Of a stretch of DNA of 64,000 nt, positions 58,945-64,000 are shown piece after piece. Location of the stretch: NCBI GenBank assembly GCA_002269645.1, contig NIVC01000199.1, positions 1 to 64,000 on the forward strand, written 5' to 3'. This stretch comes from Macrostomum lignano (lineage: Eukaryota). The notes below the pieces were generated by a model. That model was not told the DNA's origin. It made no database searches and was given only the letters and a program-made list of their open reading frames with translations. A program made the translations under genes and the position numbers. Position 1 is the first letter of the stretch, and each line of letters begins with the position of its first letter.

Positions 58945-59700
58945 ACGAGGACAATTGAGAAGATAGGACTGGGGGATGTGATCATCTACTTAGACGGCTC
59001 GGTCAGCAAAGGGAAGGGACGGGGAGCTAGGAGCGGTGGTCTGCAGACCCTCAGAGACAAACCGGCCAGGCACGAGCTGCATTCTGGACAAACTGAGGAG
59101 GCCCGCAGTACACCCTGCTCATCCACGCAGGCGGAACTGGTGGCTATACAGCTACGAGTAGGACTAGATTTGCTAATTCAGCACGAGCCAGATTAGACGA
59201 AGTTGGTGATCATTGGCGACAGCCAAAGTGCACTCCAGAGCATCGGAGGAAGGTGCAGGAACCCCCTTACCATAGACATCAGGGATAAGCTATGATGGCT
59301 TGGGAATTCCCGCACACTAGCTTGGAAGGCAATGAGATGGCGGATGCTACGGCGAGGGAAGCGGCTGAGGAGGGGCAGACTTTTGCTACGAGTACATGGA
59401 GCCTGACGAAAGCCACCATCACCAGGAAGTTGGAAGACCGAGGGGAGCGACAGCATGCGAGATGCCGCTGCGTCTACGGGGACAGCAGGATGGCGAATCA
59501 ACCCGCGGTTCTGGAGCAGGCCGGGGCTGAAGCTGTGAGCTTCAGGAGAATTCGGACAGGGTACCACTCCATGGAGCTGCACAGCTACAGTAAGAGGATT
59601 GGCAGGAGCACAAATGATAGGTGCAGAATGCGTGGAGAAGAGGAGAATGTGGGGCAGTGTTCATCTGCCTCCATCTCTCTCTAATCTCCCTCTCTCTCGC
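58945..59700 (+). mobile_element. Degenerate 5'-truncated non-LTR retrotransposon 3' end with an RNase H domain
   Basis: IIYLDGS, STQAELVAI, IIGDSQSALQSI, GNEMADATAREAA, RRIRTGYH...C. Stops and frameshifts; (CT)-rich tail. Confidence 0.8.
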
Positions 59701-61864
59701 TCACTTGGTCCGGCGCTATCACTGCCCCGTACAAGTACGTACAGCCAACCACTCACTTCAATAATTGATTCATTACGCAACTATTCATAGCCAAATATAC
59801 AAGTCGGCCCTGCTATGTGCAAGCGGCCCTTTAAGTTATTTGTCACGTCTGCCTAGCACCATATCGCGGCATTGACTTTCTACATATAGGAGACGATCGA
59901 TCATGTGATGGACTGCCCGGCCACGTGGAAGCGAAGAAAAGCGGTGGGACTGGTGCAGGAGTTGAAAGACCTGCAGGGCAAGCCGCGACAGAAGCGCTAG
60001 GGTTCTGGAATTGGTATATCGGGAAATTAAAGGCGAATTTGGACTGGCAATAACAAGAAACTGCACTGCATCAGCAGCATACTTGTACATCATGTACATC
60101 TCCGCTAAGAGAAATTCCGCTTCGGCCTCGGCTGCCGACTCAGCTAGCCTGCGGCAACGACTGCAAATGATCACACGGTACATTTACGCTCGTAGAAGGT
60201 ACATGTAGCTATACATACATGTACATACAAGCGATACGGGTAGACTACATGTAATTAAAAAATTAAAATTTAATATTTATTGCATTGATCCTTACATGTA
60301 CCTTCATTTCGGCATGTGTAACTGCATGGAGGGAGCCAGTCGAAGTCCTTCAAATCTCCTGCATTCATAACCGTTAATATTTTGATCTCTAAGGACACAC
60401 TCGTCCCGCATTTTATGTGCACCGAATGCATTATATGACTCAAGGGCACACAAAATGCATGCGCTGGCATATCACTGCACTTCTCTACATTGTAATAAGA
60501 GTAATTGAGCGCAGACGCGATCGACGACACATGATCGATCGCATTGGCATGTAAATATATATTCGAAAACGAATAAGGGCCTTTGAATAATTGTACATTT
60601 AACTCTATAATTGTTGCAAACATTGCTTATGATCTAGCTTATGTACAAGTACTGTATGTACTGTATACAGCTGATACGTGTATTTAACTTTTGGGTTATT
60701 GGGTGTCACTCGAGTCATTGTGTGTGTGTGTATACTGTAGGTTCTGGGCTCGAGATAAGGTGTTGAAGAGATTTTCATTAATTTGCATCAGTATTGTTTC
60801 TTCAATAATACACACATGAGGTAGGACTCAAGTAAAAGTGCATGCTTAGACTCAAGCTAAGTACACATACATGTCATATTTTTATACAATTGGACCTATG
60901 TACACTGCATCTACGAGTATAAGCATGTATAGTAACTTATGTAACGTATGTAAAGATCGTGTAATATTTGGAGGCCCATTTCCGGGAAAAAAATACACCG
61001 CAGAGATAGAAGAAAAAATTTGATGTATCAACTTATGCGAATGAATGAAAATAAGAATGCAGTTAAATCTAGACTGATAGGCAATTAATGAAAGTCATTG
61101 TTTAAGAAAAACCAAATTGCTTATATTTTCTCGGCAATATTACGCAAGTCTTGTTATATTTGCTTTGCTTTACAGAATGCTTATGAATAATTTTTGAACC
61201 AAATTTTTAACTGTTTTTAATGCCTGCATGATATTTACGCCCGGCTCCAGCCTCCAACTGCGGAAAAGCAGAGGTCTTTTCGTTGTTCGTCAACCCGTCC
61301 AAGTCAAATGAGAACCACACTCCGCCTCGTCATTTAATCAGCAATTAGCAAAACCCAGTTGACAAAGTCGAAGTGACCACCACCAGCAGCACAATTGTTT
61401 TAATGCCAACCTCTTGTCTTCTGGCTATCTAAGCCTAAGCAAGTAAATAAAAAGAATACAAGTAGGCCCCTAGGGACTTCAGTGAGTGTCCCGTGACTTG
61501 CCAATTTGCATATGCATATATTGAGTATAAAAATATCCTAAAAACTAACTTTCAAAATCTCATTGAAATTACTAGGTGCCAGGCTCCAGCAGTAGGCCTA
61601 ATCATAGGCCTAATGACATTAATGTAATGCTATTTCTGTTATTTATTATTAAGATTAGATTAGATACAGTCATTATTAATTTATTGCAGGCTATTTATTG
61701 CTTTTTCATAAGAATTAGGCCTAATTTAAGAACTTATTGTATAGGGCCTACTATGGCATAGTTCTAGTTTACTTCGTTATATTCCAACCCCCCTACCCTT
61801 GAATAGAGGGCGAAATAATTTAACGCAGTAAACTAGAACTATTCCCCTACTATAATATTGACTA

Positions 61865-63892
61865 TTGTTATTATTGTAACAAAAGTTTTGAGCATTTTCT
61901 AACTTTTCTTTAAACTTTTAGTCTTAGAACTTTCTCTAGAGAAATTTCTAGAATGTTCTATGGCGGTATATAACAGTGACCAGTGTGCACTACCATATCC
62001 ATATGGATAAGCTCAACCTATAACTACAATGGCTAGGCCCCTACACAACAACATAAATCAATTTTACCTAATTTGAGCATCTTTACTTTTCTGCTACAAG
62101 CTGGGCAACTCAGCAGCTAAGGTGCATTTGCATTATCGCAAGTTATGTCAGGCGTATGGTATGGCAAGGACTATCTGAGTGAGCAATGCTGCTATGCCTG
62201 GTTTGTGCAATTCAAAAAAAGTGACAAATCCTTTAAAGACAAGGAGAATTCCAGTCACCCACCTATGCTCAATGTCTAGCAGCTTGCCCTGCTCATTGAA
62301 GCTAAGCCACATCTTACAACTCGTGAAATGGCAGAGTACTTTAAGGTCTCTCTCTGCCATGACCATTGATTGCAGCCTTCATCAACTTGGCAAGGTGTAT
62401 AAGCTTGCTCAATGGGTTCCACATGAACTTTTACATTAGAACAAGGATCAGCATATCATTACATACACCATGTCTAGATCATGCTAGGCCTAGGTGCATG
62501 CCCAAACAAAAATTGAATAATTACAAATGCACACCAAAAAAAATTTAGTGCATGCCCTTTCTCAAAAATATGCCAGTGTTGTGACAATAAATAACCTTTC
62601 TTACATTGTGACAATAAAAGACCTTTTTTAAATTGCATAGTAGACCCTTATTATTAGATAATTTTGTTGCTTTTAAAGCTTTTTTGGTAATACTATTTAT
62701 TGTAGAAAGTTTATACATGCAAAGATTTGCTTAAATACTCTTACGAGCTGGAAAAAACTGGAAAGCTTGAAATTTGCACTTAAAAATGAACTTTTTTCAT
62801 CTTTTTTCTACTTTACAATAACTCTTACGCATGATTCTATAAAGTGCATGCCAGATGTGCATGCATACTATTTTCTCAAGAGCGATGCATGCCAACTGTG
62901 CATGCCTCATTCTGGCATGCAAGGCCAATGCATGCCCAAATTTTCAGGCATATACTACATGATCTAGAGTGTGGCTTGATATCTTAGTGACTGGCAATGA
63001 AAAGTAGGTGGCCTATTTTAACATTACACGCAAGCATCAGTGGCTTGGCATGGGGGACCAGCCATAACCAATGCCCAAACCTGATCTATACCAAAAGAAG
63101 GTCATGCTGTGTGTCTATACATGCACAACCTCTAAAATTTGGTCGGCCATGCGACTTAGTTTTAACAAGAATGCAAAATAGTTTTTGGCCAAAAATGTGA
63201 CTTACCTGTGAAAGAAACCCTAAGCAAAATTAATGCAATTTTGGGTAAATGGTAGGAGTAACTATGACCATCTTATGAGAGCTAAATGCCTCATCATCTA
63301 GTTAGTACTACATCCATATTCTTTTGGGTGGGCATTTTTGCAACTTACCTTGGTTGGCCGCCAAATCAGTTGGCTAGATCGGCCAACTTGGCTGACTGTT
63401 GCACATGTATGTGTGTGTCTAGCAGAATTCCAGTGGAATTGTCTACTGGGAGCTTCTGCCTTATAACACCAGCATCACTGCCAATGTCTACTGCAAGTAG
63501 CTAGACAGACTGCACTATGCAATTATCAAGCAGCAGGGCACTAGTGCTAGGTTGGGATCTAGATCTAGAATCTAGCTGCTCGAGCTGGGTTAAGAAGTCA
63601 TGCCCCACCTTCCATACTTGCCTGATCTTGCTCCATCAGATAACCACCTGTTCCACTCAATGCTGTGACATTAAAAGATGAGGAGGAGGTAAAAGCCTGG
63701 CTCAAGCAATACTTCAAGTTGCTGCCGCCTGAGTTCTTTAAGAAGGGCATCCACAATCTCATTGCTAGATGGCAATAAGTCATTGATCAGGATAGTAATT
63801 ATATCCTAGAATAGAAACTGTTATGGGACTGGAGAAATAAGTTCAAGATTTGAGAACAAAAACACCTGAAACTTTTGTTAAAAATCCGATAA
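61865..63892 (+). mobile_element. Degenerate mariner element split by internal insertions
   Basis: LGKVYKLAQWVPHEL (~62390-62430), PKPDLYQKKVMLCV (~63075-63120), GIVYWELLP and PYLPDLAPSDNHLF...EFFKKGIHNLIARW (~63430-63810). Degenerate TIRs share taacaaaagttt (~61877 and its inverse ~63870). Confidence 0.8.
62471..62968. mobile_element. Putative MITE nested in the mariner remnant
   Basis: tctagatcatg at ~62471 is the inverse of catgatctaga at ~62958; interrupts the transposase. Confidence 0.45.
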
Positions 63893-64000
63893 ATAGAGAT
63901 AAAATACAATGTGCGGCTGCTAAATCCGGAAAGGTTTCAATCAATTCCAGCTCAAAGACGACACGTTAAAGAGAAAAAACTGCAGCATTTCAGACGTCTG

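Overview
Eukaryotic (animal) genomic DNA with GC-rich exons, short GT-AG introns and many introns filled by their own minisatellite. This style suggests a free-living flatworm such as Macrostomum (inference only). Hand-spliced gene models: an EB1/MAPRE gene (-), an ankyrin-repeat caspase with intact SHG/QACRG residues (+), two related secreted 6-Cys propeptide genes missing from the ORF track (-, 16.4-16.8 kb and 46.3-46.7 kb), an intronless non-catalytic cholinesterase-like protein (+), a beta-microseminoprotein-like secreted protein (+), a 12-exon SLC24/NCKX exchanger (-) and a DxD glycosyltransferase (-). Mobile DNA: a near-complete tyrosine-recombinase (DIRS/Ngaro-like) retrotransposon, CORE-type SINEs, RTE and RNase-H LINE remnants, Merlin/ISXO2, THAP and mariner remnants, and several MITEs. 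The most interesting items are the ankyrin-caspase and the two-member defensin/mytilin-like peptide family. Several genes have single-base deletions in short G/C runs, which probably reflect long-read assembly error, so pseudogene calls are provisional. No database searches were run. All homology calls come from motif recognition and all splicing was done by eye.
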